Origin: Mobula birostris
Lineage: Eukaryota
Reading direction: 5' to 3'
DNA length: 64,000 nt
Assembly: GCF_030028105.1 (NCBI RefSeq)
Contig: NC_092379.1
Span: 23,801,821 to 23,865,820 of the forward strand
Of the stretch, positions 23,156 to 36,329 are shown piece after piece (the first letter of the stretch is position 1; each line of letters begins with the position of its first letter). Made by a program: the position numbers and the translations under genes. Under the pieces are notes generated by a model. It was not told the origin of the DNA. It saw nothing but the letters and a program-made list of their open reading frames with translations, and ran no database searches.

Positions 23156-26014
23156 GAAATGTAATAAACAAAAAGCTCATGGTGTACATGCGATTATCCA
23201 GTTGTCACCATGTTAGGACCAATGTTGGAAGCACGCGTCGGGTCACGGAAGGATGGCAACGGCAGCTGATATTTGAATATGCTCATGTTTACAGAGGGTC
23301 ATTTAGAAGTTAGAATTTGGGCCATCGGCTATGAGTGTATAATCATATGTGAAGCCAGCATATTAGCTGCATGGCTGAGTGGTTCTGGAGTTTCCAAGAA
23401 TGGAGAATAGATTTCACCTGTTGGCTGAGATGGAAATCTTTAATTACATGTAGGGTTTGAATAAACTGGATGCATTTTCGCTAGAAGGCTAAATCTAACG
23501 TTGATGAATTTTATAAAATTATGAGCAGTACAGATGCAGCCAGAGTCCGTTTCCCAGGGCACACGAGGTTACAACCAGACGGCACAAGTTTCTGGTGAGA
23601 GGGTCAGAAAGTAAAGAATATCTTTGCGATATTATCCCATACGCGGGGCTATAGTTATTTCCAAAGACTTTCCAGGTAAGGTAGGGCAGCTGATACCATA
23701 CGTTGTTTTAAAGACAGCTATGAAAGTGAATAAATACGAAAGGCAGAAAAGTGATGGGTGACAAACCTGCAGATGAAATGATGGTATATAGGCATCGCGG
23801 GAGGCCGAAAAATCAATTTCCTGTGCTGTAAGATATTTTGATTCTCTTCCACGGCATCCTGTACACGCTAAAATATTGCAACTTGAGGTCTTATGTTACT
23901 TGCCCCTCTCGCAGTACTGTTAAGGTGGTGATAATGCTGGTCACCCTGGCCGACCGTGCATATCTTCCTGCTCTGTATTTGGACTTCGTTAGATAATTTT
24001 ATTTAAGTTAATTTGTTCGTGTATTTACTCTTCAACTGTTATTGGACGATCACTTTATACGGTCTATTTCTACGGTGGACCGTGTTTATCCCTTCGCCGC
24101 CTAACCATTTACTCCACAATGCTTCCTCTTTCTCGTTGCAAGTTCTGACGGAGGCTCTTTGAACTAAAACATTAAGTCGCGTTTCTCACTTGCGGTGGAT
24201 ATGATCTGACCTCCTGAGCATTTCCAGACTTATTTTTGAAATCCAGACGTCTGTTCTTTTTTCATTTGTTATGACAAAAATGTGTTTCCGGGGGTGGATA
24301 TTGGCTCAAGCATTAAATTCCACAGACAGCCCCTCTTGAGATTAATAATATAAGACTGTAACACTCAGTACATAGAATATGCAAACTGTAGAACTGTTTC
24401 GGCAATATCCATTTAGCTCGCACCTGTCTGTGGCAATCAAGACGCTCTTTTTAAGCAACATATCCGCTTACAGCCTGCATGATGCATTGTCTGTGAAATT
24501 GTCTCTTAGATGTTGTATTCGTATCCGCTTCCATATGTTCTGCTGAAGTCCAGGTAGTTTCAGTCTTCGCATTTTTAAAAACTTCTTGTGTATCGTCTTT
24601 GGAATCCTCTCTTTCATCTTAAATCAATGTGTCCGAAGATTTTATGCTTCTAACCGGGCATAAATACACTGATTATCTTCGCTGTCATGCTCTGATATTA
24701 TCTATTTCACCATGTGGTCGACGGGCTTTAATGTTCAGTATAATGCAATTCTAGTTTGTCTCAACTCATTTATATATCATACGAGCCAATCCAGATAACA
24801 CACAAGTGACCCACTTCTGTGCCATATCAAAAACTCATATCCTTCCTAAAATGTGACGACGAGAACTGCTCGCAATACTAAAAATGCGGCCGAGAAAAAA
24901 AATACCATAGCTGCAATTTTATGTACTAGCATTTATACTCATTGACACGAATAATTACGGGATATATATTGTAGCTTCATTTAGCACACTCCTTCCAGAT
25001 GCGCAGGTTTGGAGGCTTGCGTGTCTCGATGACCCTGATCGCCTGGTGCTATGACGCTTCGTAGGATTACTTATGACACAGAGATCAATCCGCAGAGGCT
25101 GCGCTCCGTGAGATAAATCGGTCCTCTAGGTTCGTGGGCTGGGGTTCAGCTCAGTGCAATAGCCATGACAAATGAAAAAAGGACGAAGTGTTCCTCATAC
25201 GAATTGACACACTGAAGAAGCACTTAGCAATCTAACACCATGCCAAAACTTCTGCTGAAGTTCTAGGTGTCTTCAGTCTCGCACGTTTTTAAAATTTCTG
25301 TTTTATCCTCTTAATATCCTCTCTTTCACCTTAAATCAATGTGGCCGACGATTTCACAGCTCCACCTTGGTATTAAAGATATTATATATGTCACCAGTTT
25401 GGCCGACAGGCTTTATTGCTCAAGAAAATGCAATTCTAGTTTGTCTAAGCTCCCCTCATATATCATACAAGCCAATCCAGAAAACATACAGTTGACCCAC
25501 TTCTGTGCCATATCCAGAACCTCGCATCCTTCCTAAAATGTGAAGACGAGAACTGTTTGCAATACTGACAATGTGGTCGAGCCAAAATTTTATATAAGTA
25601 CAATATTATTTGCAAATACTCAATGACAGGAGCAAAAACGGGATATATGCTTCAGGCTTCTAGAGGTTTGGAGGCTTGCGTGCCCCAGTGACGCTGCGGG
25701 CCCTGTACTCTCGCGCGTGGTTGGTTCCCTCACACCATACAGATCAAAGTGTAAAGGTTGCGCCAAGAGCGATACACCGGTCTTCTAGATCCGGGAGCGG
25801 GGGTTTAGCTCAAGGCCAACAGCCCCGACAAGTGAAAAAATGGACGAAAGTGACCCACATACGAAGTGACACACTGCGGAAGCATTTGCTGATTTGGGGA
25901 AGGCGCTGGCATATTTTGGGGTTGCAGATGTCAATGAAAAACGAATTGGTTTAATCGGAATAAATTCAGCAAAATAATAAAAAAAAATTGAACAGCGCAG
26001 TTGCACGAATCAGT

Positions 26015-26290
26015 CTGCCAGAATTTGATGAATGGTCATTGATGTGAAACAGTAACTCTGTTTCTCAAACCACATATGTTCCTTGAGCTGCCGAGTATTG
26101 GTATTGCAGGAGGCCACTCGGGCTGATTTGCAGACGAAGATCTCATATATCCCAGGACCAACAGGTGGTGAGTGCGTTTTGTCTGTACCTGTGTTCCTTG
26201 TGTGCTTTAAAAAAAAAACATCGATCAAACTGACAGCCGGGAGCTGGGGTGAAGCGGGGTGCTGGAGATGCATGTGTCAGCTCAGAAGAA
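26015..26290 (-). pseudogene. Decayed C1-set exon relic
   Basis: SPPVGPGIYEIFVCKS..W FEKQSYC; splice sites lost; paralog of 36330-36611. Confidence 0.45.
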
Positions 26291-26939
26291 ACATGCAACG
26301 AAATAACGTTTGTGTATTTGTACAAAATAATCGAGGGTGAATCAACCGATCGGGTGAGCTTCGATCTGATTGTTATCTGTATTGTATCAACTTGAAATAG
26401 CGGGTAACTTGAACAACAGGCGGGCAATTTCAGTTAGTCATCATCTAGGCCCTGGGCTTTGCTGGTAAAGTCAGAATAAATTATACATCTGGGTTGCCAT
26501 TCAGAGAGCCTTTGGATGCAAACAATTGATAGGTCAGGAGTTATAAAGAGGCTCGCAGGGTAACGCTGAGAGAGCTCTTTCCTCAAGGATATCAATAATT
26601 CTGAAAGGAAATCCTTACTAATGGCTAGAATTTAAAAAAATGCAAATTGTTAAGCTGTTAGAAATCTGAACGCCTATCCAAATCTGTTGCAGATCATTTT
26701 GATCCGAGTTTAAATTTGACAGATTTGTTGTGGTGGTATTCGTGGACTGTTCTGCCATCCCCCGTGCTACTCATCTGATTTAATTTTCTGCCCTATTTTC
26801 CATCGTCCGAAATCCAACCTTCTGCTTTCCGATTGGTTCACTGTATAGATCGTGTCCTAGAAAATCATTCTCTTTCGAACACATCACAAGAATTGCCTGT
26901 ATGTTTATTATCACTTTAAAATTTATTGATTCTGTTGTG

Positions 26940-27324
26940 TGCAGAATGGCTCCACATTCTATGCTCTGCAACAGAGCTGTATTGTGCAACTACGTCATTG
27001 CTCTTGAAGTGCTCGGGTACAATGTAAGGTACTTTGTAAATGTCAAGTCTGTACCTCACAACTACTCTTACCGACTTACTAGTAAAACTGGTTTCACGCC
27101 TTGGGAAAGGTTTCATTGCTGATGTAATTGTTTTTCTGTAGCAGCATTGCGTTTGGGTTATGACGAGAGGTAAACTGGGCATGTAATGTGCGGCGTTCAA
27201 TGGAGGGGAATGGTGTTCGTTCTTGTGTAACCGAGAACGAGAGACTTCGCGGGCTTTTGTTCGGGTGAAGATGGAGAGAGAAGATGCCAGAAAGGGAAGT
27301 CGTAGACTACAGGACAGAGTGGAC
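26940..27324 (-). pseudogene. Decayed C1-set exon relic
   Basis: Acceptor TTCCAG|G; LLSPSSPEQKPAKSL..; RYRLDI..EHFKSNDV, then SCTIQ out of frame (S.L.V..EW..D.YSC pattern). Confidence 0.5.
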
Positions 27325-27599
27325 CTGGAATGTGGTTGGGAGTCGACGGCGTCCGGGTGAAATCGATGGAGAACGAACAGACAGGAAAACAGAGATCTCC
27401 ATCGTGTGCACCAGACTGCTTTAATAAAATGGGCCCTTTTTCTTTTTGTTTTCTTTACTAACCCTAGAGTCGAATTCAGAATTATAAAGCTCGATCGTGT
27501 AATTGCGAACTGTGTAATGTTTGTCATTTCGAGGTACTAATTTGTAACAGAGGAACAAATCACGCAGCATCCACACAAACAAGATTTCACAAGTTGGAC

Positions 27600-27923
27600 T
27601 GGCCAGAGGCTGTAGTCCCCTAGACTAGCGCCACTGGTCGAACCTAAGGGTTACACTGCTTTATGTGGAACGCATTTGTTAAACGAACCCTCTCCGTATG
27701 GAGGACGACAAGGAATTATAGAGGCGGCTCTGTCTGTGAACTGAGAGCGAACATTCTTTTGAACAGCAAAGTTCGATTCATGTCCCGTGAGTGTATGATG
27801 GGACAGGTCAGGGGGAAGTTTCACTCTTTGTTTACAGTCTAACGCCCCTACACTGGCTGGGATGGGTGATGCAAAGGAATCTTTGCAACTACAGTGTTTA
27901 CTCTGGGGTGCTCGATGGAATCC
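27600..27923 (-). pseudogene. Decayed C1-set exon relic (first after J)
   Basis: Acceptor CTTCCTCACAG|; HPRVNTV..LTC with a hydrophobic residue 14 positions later followed by K; multiple stops. Confidence 0.35.
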
Positions 27924-28429
27924 CTGTGAGGAAGAATTACGTAGACACACAGGATAACTACTGATTTCATTCAATTACAGAGCAGAGAGTGAGGCCATTC
28001 ATCCGATAGTGTTTGTGCTACCTTTTAGCTGATGAAACCTAATAAAATAGTTGATCTCTCTGCTCTGCTCTGTCTCATTACGAAAATCAGATCTCCACCA
28101 GTTCTGTCACTACACTCACTATCAGACATCACGATCATTTAGTCAGTGTGTTTCAGGTCACAACCGTTCATCAATAAAAGTCCTCTTAAATTGACTCCTA
28201 TTACACATTAATGACATGACTTGAGAGCCACACTTCCCACACGACCTACACTACTCCCAACCGCCTTCCACCAATTCAAGGATGCCTGGAATTTATGAAG
28301 CCCTTGTGCCTTCATTTCCTTTCCTTAATATTTCTATACCACATCCCCACTGCCTTCCCAACTCCAAAATTTATCCCCCCCTGTAGACCATCTGCACACA
28401 CATCAGCCCGTAAAATTAAAATCTTAAAT

Positions 28430-28898
28430 CCATCAGTTAATCCTTAGATATCGCCTGTACCATGGAGACATCCTGGGGCAGACCTCACGCTGAACATTAC
28501 ATGATGGAGCTGACACCGACCTGTACCTTGGGGATATGGGAGGCAGTATAACAGAGTTGAGTATGGGCCAGCATTGGCAAGGGAACACAAGAAGATGTTG
28601 GCTGCAACATGAATGTAAGGAAGGCCACGCTAATGACTGGGGACAAGGGAAACTGTACATAAAAGGCAGGACAAACAGGCTACGGGACAACTTCTTCCAC
28701 CAGGACACCACTGCTTAATTCATGCTGACGCAAATGTATTTCTAAGTTATATTGAATATCCTGTTGTATATAATATTAATTATAAATTATTATAATTGCA
28801 CATTACAGATTTCAACGGAGACGTAACATAAACATTTGCTCCTCACGTATATGAAGGATATAAGTAGTAAAGTCAATTCATTTCAATCAGTTCGATTC
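28430..28898 (+). mobile_element. Rex1/Babar-like LINE 3' fragment abutting J
   Basis: IKGRTNRLRDNFFHQ (ORF 28536-28718); CAATT tail. Confidence 0.7.
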
Positions 28899-28978
28899 AA
28901 GATACCGTCAGCGTGGTCCCTCCTCGTAGGCAAGATGTTCACACTGCTCAGTCTCCCCATTCACCCAATGCAGTAACT
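28899..28978 (-). pseudogene. JH pseudogene with 23-RSS
   Basis: AGTTACTGC-23-CAGTGTG, then ..TAC GAGGA GGG ACC ACG CTG ACG GTA TCT (GTTLTVS); no donor. Confidence 0.78.
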
Positions 28979-29302
28979 TCACTTGTCCGCCACATCCACT
29001 GATCTCATAAAAGTGTCAACATGATCCCCGATCGGAAGCAGCTACTTCCTGGAATTTTATCTGAAATTCCTAGCATGTTCCTTCCTGGCCTGTGAATAAA
29101 AGAGGCATTTTCACAGTATTCCTATCTGCGGACACCGGTTCCCTCCATTCCGCAGAATTAGACTTGAAGCCATTTGGGCCTATACTTGCCCAGAACATTT
29201 GCCTTAACAGTCTGAGTCAGCCTTCAGGGATTTGACCCTGGGAAGCAGCAATGCGGAATTCGTGGAGACAGACTGCGGTGCAGACTCCCATTTGTCGAGA
29301 CC

Positions 29303-29366
29303 AGTTTTTGTCGAGCTCCCCATCACCCTGGTGCATATCACAACGCTTCACTGTGGGTCATAATAC
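29303..29366 (-). other. DH segment (D2-type), core ATATGCAC
   Basis: CGTTGTG [ATATGCAC] CAGGGTG-12-ACAAAAACT; 5' spacer 12. Confidence 0.7.
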
Positions 29367-29676
29367 GGCTTCGTCATATCCAGCCCGAAAACTAGAGGAT
29401 TGCCGAACCCCCCAGCAGATTTATTAAACGCACCCTCAGGGTCTTGGCGTCCCGCACAGCGGGTCTGAATCTCAGCCATCCCAGTCCTGAAGTGGAGATG
29501 AGGACCTTTCCCTGAGCTTCAGCTGACAGCTCCTCCTCTGTAGTTCCGTTCGCATTGAGACTCATTTCTAGTGAAACATGTACCCATTCCCAGATTATGC
29601 ACTCGTGATCTGATTTATATCCATGCATGCCAGGGTAATGGCCGGCAGAAGCGAACGAAGAGCGTGATTAGAAGTG

Positions 29677-29751
29677 TTTTTTTGTAATAGATATGGAGAT
29701 CAGCCACCTCTAACACAGAGGCACGCCAAGATATAGCCGATATAATAAACC
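29677..29751 (-). other. Candidate degenerate D1
   Basis: GGTTTATTA-12-CTTGGCG [TGC] CTCTGTG-28-ACAAAAAAA; ~380 bp from both the V RSS and D2. Confidence 0.4.
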
Positions 29752-30134
29752 GATGTACGATACCTCCGCCCCTTTCACTGCCTCTCAGCACAGTCACTCC
29801 TCAGTCAAACCGCACTATGACACCAAATTGTCTCTGATCATTAATGTTTCTCATAGCCCGACCATTTACTGACACGTGTAGACGAAGGACCGACAACTGA
29901 CAAGGTGGATCTCTGAGCCCATTCCCACTCACGGCGCTTGGCTTCGAGCTGCCGCCCGAAGTGATCCGCTGCGCTCCTCGGCCCATCCATCCAGCATCCC
30001 TTTTGGGGAATCCACTCTATGAACCCGCCTTCCATTGCTTGGACGAGCGGATGTGGCCCAGAACGACCGGATTACGGCTGTGGCGATCAATGTTGCTCTG
30101 TCTTTCAGCGCCCTCAGGGTAGGCGCTCTCGCTG

Positions 30135-30188
30135 GGTTTTTGTCCCGGTCCAGTTCTGGTCTCTCTCACTGTGTCTCTCGCCCAGTAA
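30135..30188 (-). pseudogene. Orphan V 23-RSS with last ~15 nt of a V
   Basis: TAC TGG GCG AGA GA CACAGTG-23-ACAAAAACC; upstream V, leader and promoter are replaced by LINE fragments. Confidence 0.9.
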
Positions 30189-30661
30189 AAAAAAACATAA
30201 ATAATTAAACAGTAATATGTAAATTATGCCAGGAAATAAGTCCAGGACCAGCCTATTGGCCCAGGGTGTCTCACCCTCCAAGGGAGGAGTTGTAAAGTTT
30301 GATGGCCACAGGCAGGAATGACTTCCTATGACGCTATGTATGCATCTCGGTGGAATGAGTCTCTGGCTGAATGTACTCCTGTGCCCAACCAGTACATAAT
30401 GTAGTGGATGGGAGACATTGTCCAAGATGTATGCAACTTGGACAGCATCCTCTTTTCAGACACCACCGTCAGAGAGTGCCGGTGGCGGCGGTGGAAGCGG
30501 AAACAATAGGGTGCTTTAAGAGAGTCCTGGATAGGTACATGGAGCTTAGAAAACTAGAGGGCTATGGGTAAGCCTAAGTATTTCAAGGGTAAGGACATGT
30601 TCTGCACAGCTTTGTGGCCCGAAGAGCCTGTATCATGCTGTAGATTTTCTGTGTTTCTATG
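30189..30661. mobile_element. Fused LINE fragments: Rex1-like (minus, ~30189-30478) and CR1 3' end (plus, ~30479-30661)
   Basis: HRSTFSQRLIPPRC..FLPVAIKLYNS on minus; FKRVLDRYMELRKLEGYG plus TTTCTATG tail on plus. Confidence 0.7.
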
Positions 30662-30699
30662 AAAGGCAGAAAACCCCTGCGAGAACGAATGAGAGATAC

Positions 30700-31035
30700 C
30701 AGTCAGTGGACAGGGTTAGCCCAGAAAGACAGGGTCTCAGAAACACCAGCCAGTGGACAAATGTCATCCTGTGAGACCGGACGTGTGAAACACCATTTAG
30801 TGGACAGCGATTCCCTTGTGAGACAGGAACGGCGATACTCGTCAATGGACTGGTTCCCCTTAGATACAGCGACTGACAGTCTAGTCAGTGGACAGATATC
30901 CCCCGAGAGTCAGAGCCTATGAGACATCAGTTAGTGGACAGATATCTCTCTGAGTGACAGGGACTGAACACGCATTTTACTGGGCAGATATCCTCCTTAG
31001 GGACACGTATCAAGAGACACCGGACAGTGCACGGA
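30700..31035. repeat. ~46-bp degenerate array upstream of the deleted V
   Basis: Repeated AGTGGACAG cores. Confidence 0.7.
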
Positions 31036-34000
31036 AATGTAATAAGTAACAAAAAAAAGATTTGCTCTACAGTTTTCTATCTGCATCCACACCACGAAAA
31101 TCGATATAAAGCACAGATCCCTACGTTGAAAAGTATGTAATATTTTCTGATAGCAAATGATCTTTATCAGAGAACTGACAACATGAATTTCAGCGCCAGT
31201 TCCTGGGCACGTCCCCCCTCAACATTATTAGAAGTCTGTTTGACCTGTTTCAGGCGGTGAGAGGAACAGAATCATCGATGCAGGGAGCTCAGGTGCAGAA
31301 ACCATTAGCAGGAGAAGCAGTTGTAGCTTATAACAATGCGCTCCTCAGTAGGTTAGCAAGCAAGAACTGCTGAGTCGGTCGTTATAAATGGAAACTCACG
31401 GGGGAGGGAATCCAAGGTACAGATCATTAGGATGGGTTGTTTTGTTTGCCCACATTGGTGATGGCAGTACTGCGTGTCCCAAACCTTGCACCTTCACTCA
31501 AATATACACCGCGCTGGTAGAATTACTAATCAAACCAAAGCTCACCCCTACCCAGGTATATTTCAGTCATTAAGCAGGTTTGATTTCTGGACAAATCAGT
31601 ACAGTATTCGCAGATAATGAAGTACTTTCGAAGTGGATTCAGTGTTGTGACTGAAGGAAGGTGGTTCCAAATTACAGATAACAACCTCTCTGAAATATCA
31701 ATGGCGTTTAAAGAGATGAGGCATTCTCTGATGCTGTGTGAGGGATTAATGTTGGGACAGACAGTGGAGAGCATTCCAAACCACTTATGTCCACCCGACA
31801 CAACCGCCCCATAATGGCAGTAATCAAAATAGCGAACCTCGAAAGGATCACCTTCATTGTCGTAGGGGTTGGAGGCTTGCCTGCTTCAGTGACTTGGAGA
31901 TCTATGTTGGCTGGTGCTTGAACATTGTGATTTGGTTCTTGGCAGGGTTACCCATGACAAGCAGCTCAGAGGTTAGAGCGCAGATTAAGAGTGGTCCATT
32001 GATCTTCCAGGATCGGGTGTTATGCAGAATGTTACGAACACTGACTGCACAAAAAAAATCTTTAAAGCTTAATAAAAATCATATCTGTGTGCGACGGCAT
32101 TTTGGAATCTCCACCCAGGAGTTGCATGACGTACAGGAATGAAAACTGAGAAGAGGCTACGGTCACTATGAAGGAAACCCTGAACATGGTCATGATCAAT
32201 AGCAAAATTGTTTTTCGAAATGTTTGAACTATGTCTGGCTAAGTTATCATCATTCCACCTACGAGCCGCCGTGGGAGCAGAAATGTACGAACCGTAGCTG
32301 GGGCATAATAGAGAAGATGGCGAAAAAGTGACACACTTCACCTCAATAGTAAAAGTGTTTCAGACATTTATCGTAGACTTCCGACCTGAATTTTTGCGGC
32401 AGAAGTGCAATGTCACACGCTTGCACGGATTAAAACTTAATCTCCCATTTCTCGGCCTAATAATTGTCGATGTCCTGCTGTGTCAATTCGACAGACGTCT
32501 TCGTTGTTCACAGGTCGGCAGTACGTCTGTTGTCGGAAAACCTAATCAGCCACCTTATATTCTTCTCCAAAGATTTACATATAGCAGAAGCAGTTGAGAT
32601 CCCAGCGCCGTTCCTGGCAGATTGGCAATAACCATATTTCTCCTGCATCTCTTCTCTCTGTGTTCCATAGCCAAGGCAATTTAACATCCAGTCGATCAAG
32701 TCTCTATGGATCCTGTGTCATATTTTGCTGGGACAGATAACCACCAAGGATTTTGTAGGTTTTATTATTGTACATGCAGATGGTGTCCTCTAGTCCGCAC
32801 AGAGCGCACGTTTGTCACTCTTCAAATCATGTTTTCTTTTATAAGACATGTTCTCCTCTGCATAAAACAGTTATGACAAATAGGGCACTAGCTTTAATGA
32901 CTCACATTAATAGTGGGAAAAGATGTATCATTTTTATATAAAGCCAACAAACACTATCGCTGCCAACTTGCTCCGATCAGTGCTGTGAACTTTCGCCAAT
33001 TCTGTGATTGCTTTTCTAGAGAATAAAACTGTTTGGGTGGCAGAGCCATGCAGATTGTAGCATTGTTAGCGTAGAGCTCTAACAACTGGCTTTCGTTCAT
33101 GACGTCGGGTATAGTCCATGTGTACAGTTTTCAGTTTTCTTTGTGTCCTCCTGCTGTCCTGCCGGATTATACGGTATCCATCAATAAGCCAGATTCTTTT
33201 TTTTTCAGGTAGACTTTTAATTAAACGCTGTAATTTAACAACTTTGGTGATAGAAGTTATGATAATTTGCAGGGATTGTGCGGAAAATAGAGGGAGGTCG
33301 AAGAATATGGTGACTTATGTTTCCCTGGGTATCCAAGGTCTTCTCTTGTAACAGTTCGTAAATTAGCATCTTTCATAACATACCACCAATTATCAGAATA
33401 TAAGTGAAAACTAAACGTCCATAGAAGAGGCCGGAATGTTCAAGGGTGAATATTTTCGTTTCTTAATAGGCCGGAATCAATATGTTCAATTCCGCAGCAA
33501 AGTCAAACGGGGTCAAAATGGGTGGAAACAACGGTTAGAATTTTGTGATCAAAGTGCAATAAATTGCAGAGATTGATGGTGGTTCGGATAGCAATGGGTA
33601 TACATGCGATTATCGAGTTGTCGCCATGTTAGGACCAATGTTGGCAAGCATGCGTAGAGTCACAAATGATGACACGGGCAGCTGATATTTGAACGTGCTC
33701 ATGTTTACAGAGGGTCATTTAGAAGTTATAATTGGGCCATCGACTATGAGTGTTCAGTCTTAAGGGAAGATAGAGATCTTAAATGCATGGGTGAGTTATG
33801 CTGGAGTTGCCAGGAGTGAAGAATAGATTTCACCTGTTGTCTGGAGTGGAGGGCTTTGGATAGCTATCCGATCTGCTTCCGCAACATCTGCTGTAGTTCC
33901 GGGAAGGCTTTCAGTTCTCGCATTTTTTAATTTCTCATGTCTTATCTTTGGTATTCTCTATTTTATCTGAGACACTGACTATCGTCCCTATCATTTTCTC

Positions 34001-34100
34001 TGATATTATGTATTTCACTAGGTCGGTTTTAGTGCTAAAGATCATGCAAACCTTGGTTGTTTAAACACCCCTCGTATATCATATAAGCCAATTCAGATCA

Positions 34101-35996
34101 CATAGAAACATAGACAGAGAAGTATGGAAAACCTACAGCACATTACAGGCCCTTCGGCTCAGAATGTGGTGCCACACATGTACGCACTTTAGAAATTACC
34201 TAGGGTTACCCAGAGCACTCTAATTTTCGAAGCTCTATGCACCTATCCAGGAGTTTCTTAAAAGACCCTATCGTATCTGCCTCCACCACCGTTGCCGGCA
34301 GCCCATTCCACGTACTCACCACTCTGCGTAAAAAGCGTAGCCTGGACATCTCCTCTGTACCTGCTTCCAAGCACCTCAAAAACTGTGGCCTCTCCTATTA
34401 GCTATTCTAGCCCTGGAAAAAGTCCTCTGACTATCCATACAATAAATGCCTCTCCTCATCTTTTACACCTGAATCAGGTCACCTCTCATACTACACAGCT
34501 CCATGTAGAAAAGACCGAGTTCACTCAACCTATTCCCATAAAGCATTCTCCCCAATCCAGGCAACATCCTTGTAAATCTGTTCTGCAATCTCTAGAGCTT
34601 CCACATCCTTTCTGTAGTGAAGCGACCAGAACTGAGCGCAGTACTGCAAGTCGGGTCTGACCAGTGTCCAATACCAGCTGTAACATTACACTCGGCTGTT
34701 AAACACAATCCCACGGTTAATGAAGACAAATGCACCGTATGCCTACTTAACCACAAAGTCAACCTGCACCACACATAAAATTTGCTGGTGAACGCAGCAG
34801 GCCAGGCAGCATCTCTAGGAAGAGGTGCAGTCGACGTTTCAGGCCGAGACGAAGGTAGTCCTGACGAAGGGTCTCAGCCTGAAACGTCGACTGCACCTCT
34901 TCCTAGAGATGCTGCCTGGCCTGCTGCGTTCACCAGCAACGTTTATGTGTGTTGCTTGAATTTCCAGCATCTGCAGAATTCCTGCCGTTTGCGTTTTTAA
35001 AGTCAACCTGCACAGCAGCTTTGAGCGTCCTATGGATTGTGAACCCAAGATCCCTCTGATTCTCAATACTGCCAAGAGCCTTACCAATAATACTATATTA
35101 TGCCATCATATTTGACCTACCAAAAAGTACCAACTCACGCATATCTGGGTTGAACTCTATCTGGCACTTCTCAGCCCAATTTTGCATTCTGTGGATGTCT
35201 CGCTGTAACCTCTGACAGCCCTCCAAACTATTCACAACACCCCGAACATTCGTGTCATCAGCAAACTTACTAACACATCCCTCCACTTCCTCACCCTGGT
35301 CATTTATGAAAATCAAGAAGAGAAGGGGTCCCAGAACAGATCCCCGAGGCACACCACCGGTCACCGACCTCCAGACAGAATGTTACCTGTCTACAACCAC
35401 TATTTGACTACTGTGGGCAAGCCAATTGTGGATTCACTAAGAAGTGTTCCCAAAGATCCGATGCATCCTTGCAGTGTCAAAAACCTTACACAGGGTACCT
35501 TATCAAATGCCTTGCCTAATCGATAAACACTACATCGACTGATCTACCTTCATCAATGTGTTTAGTCACATCCTCAGAAAATTCAGTCAGGCTTGTAAGG
35601 TACGACGTGCCTTTGACAAAGCCATACTGACTACTCCTAATCATCTTATGCCTCTCCAAATGTTCATAATCCCTGCCTCTCAGGATCTTCTCCATCAACG
35701 TACCAACCACTGAAGTAAGACTCACTGTTCTATAATTTCCTGGGCTATCTCTACTCCTTTTCTTGAATAAGGGAACAATATCTGCAACCCCATTGACGAT
35801 GCAAAGATCATTGCCAGAGGCTCAGCAATCTCTTCCCTCGCCTCCCACAGTAGCCTGGGGTGCATCACATCCAGTCTCTAACTTGATGCTTTCCAAAAGC
35901 TCCAGCAGTTTCTCTTTCTTTATATCTATATGCTGAAGATTTTCAATCCGTTGTACGTCTTTTCCGTAGTGAATACTGAAACAATGTATTAATTAA
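34101..35996 (-). mobile_element. CR1-type LINE (paralog of 5760-7436)
   Basis: GVPRGSVLGPLLFLIFIND..SKFADDT (35098-35364); same insertion site as the 5.8-kb copy. Confidence 0.9.
34770..34998. mobile_element. Palindromic insertion (~80-bp arms), Penelope-terminus-like, 15-bp TSD
   Basis: Arms 34771-34850 and 34871-34950; TSD AAAGTCAACCTGCAC at 34755-34769 and 34999-35013; absent in paralog at ~6410. Confidence 0.8.
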
Positions 35997-36329
35997 GTGA
36001 CCCACTTCTTTGCCATATGCAAGACCTCACCTCTTTCCTAAAATGACAAGAACTGCTCCCAATACCCAAAATGCTGCGCCAAGAGCAATCCACCGGTCTT
36101 CTAGGTACGGTGGCCGGAGTTCAACTCAAGGCCAGCAGCTCTGACATGTGTAAAGATAAGAAAGTGACCCCTATATAAAGTGACGCACGGGAGAAGCACA
36201 TGCTGAGTTGGGAATGGTCCTGTGATGTTTTGTTGTTTGAGAAGTGAACGAAAAACAAGTTGGTTACATCAAAATATATTAGGTAAAATAAAACTGGAAA
36301 AAAGTTTAGTTGCAACAAATCAGACTTAC

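Noticed and set aside
24790-25580. Thrice-repeated ~110-bp motif (also ~7450, 56050, 56760)
   Set aside because: Translates to LALPHFEYCEQFSSSHFRKD, i.e. old CR1 RT fragments, not a novel repeat.
29770-29815. Alternative D1 (GACTGTG-CTGAGA-GGCAGTG)
   Set aside because: Spacer lengths and nonamers do not fit, and it is poorly conserved in the 52-kb copy.
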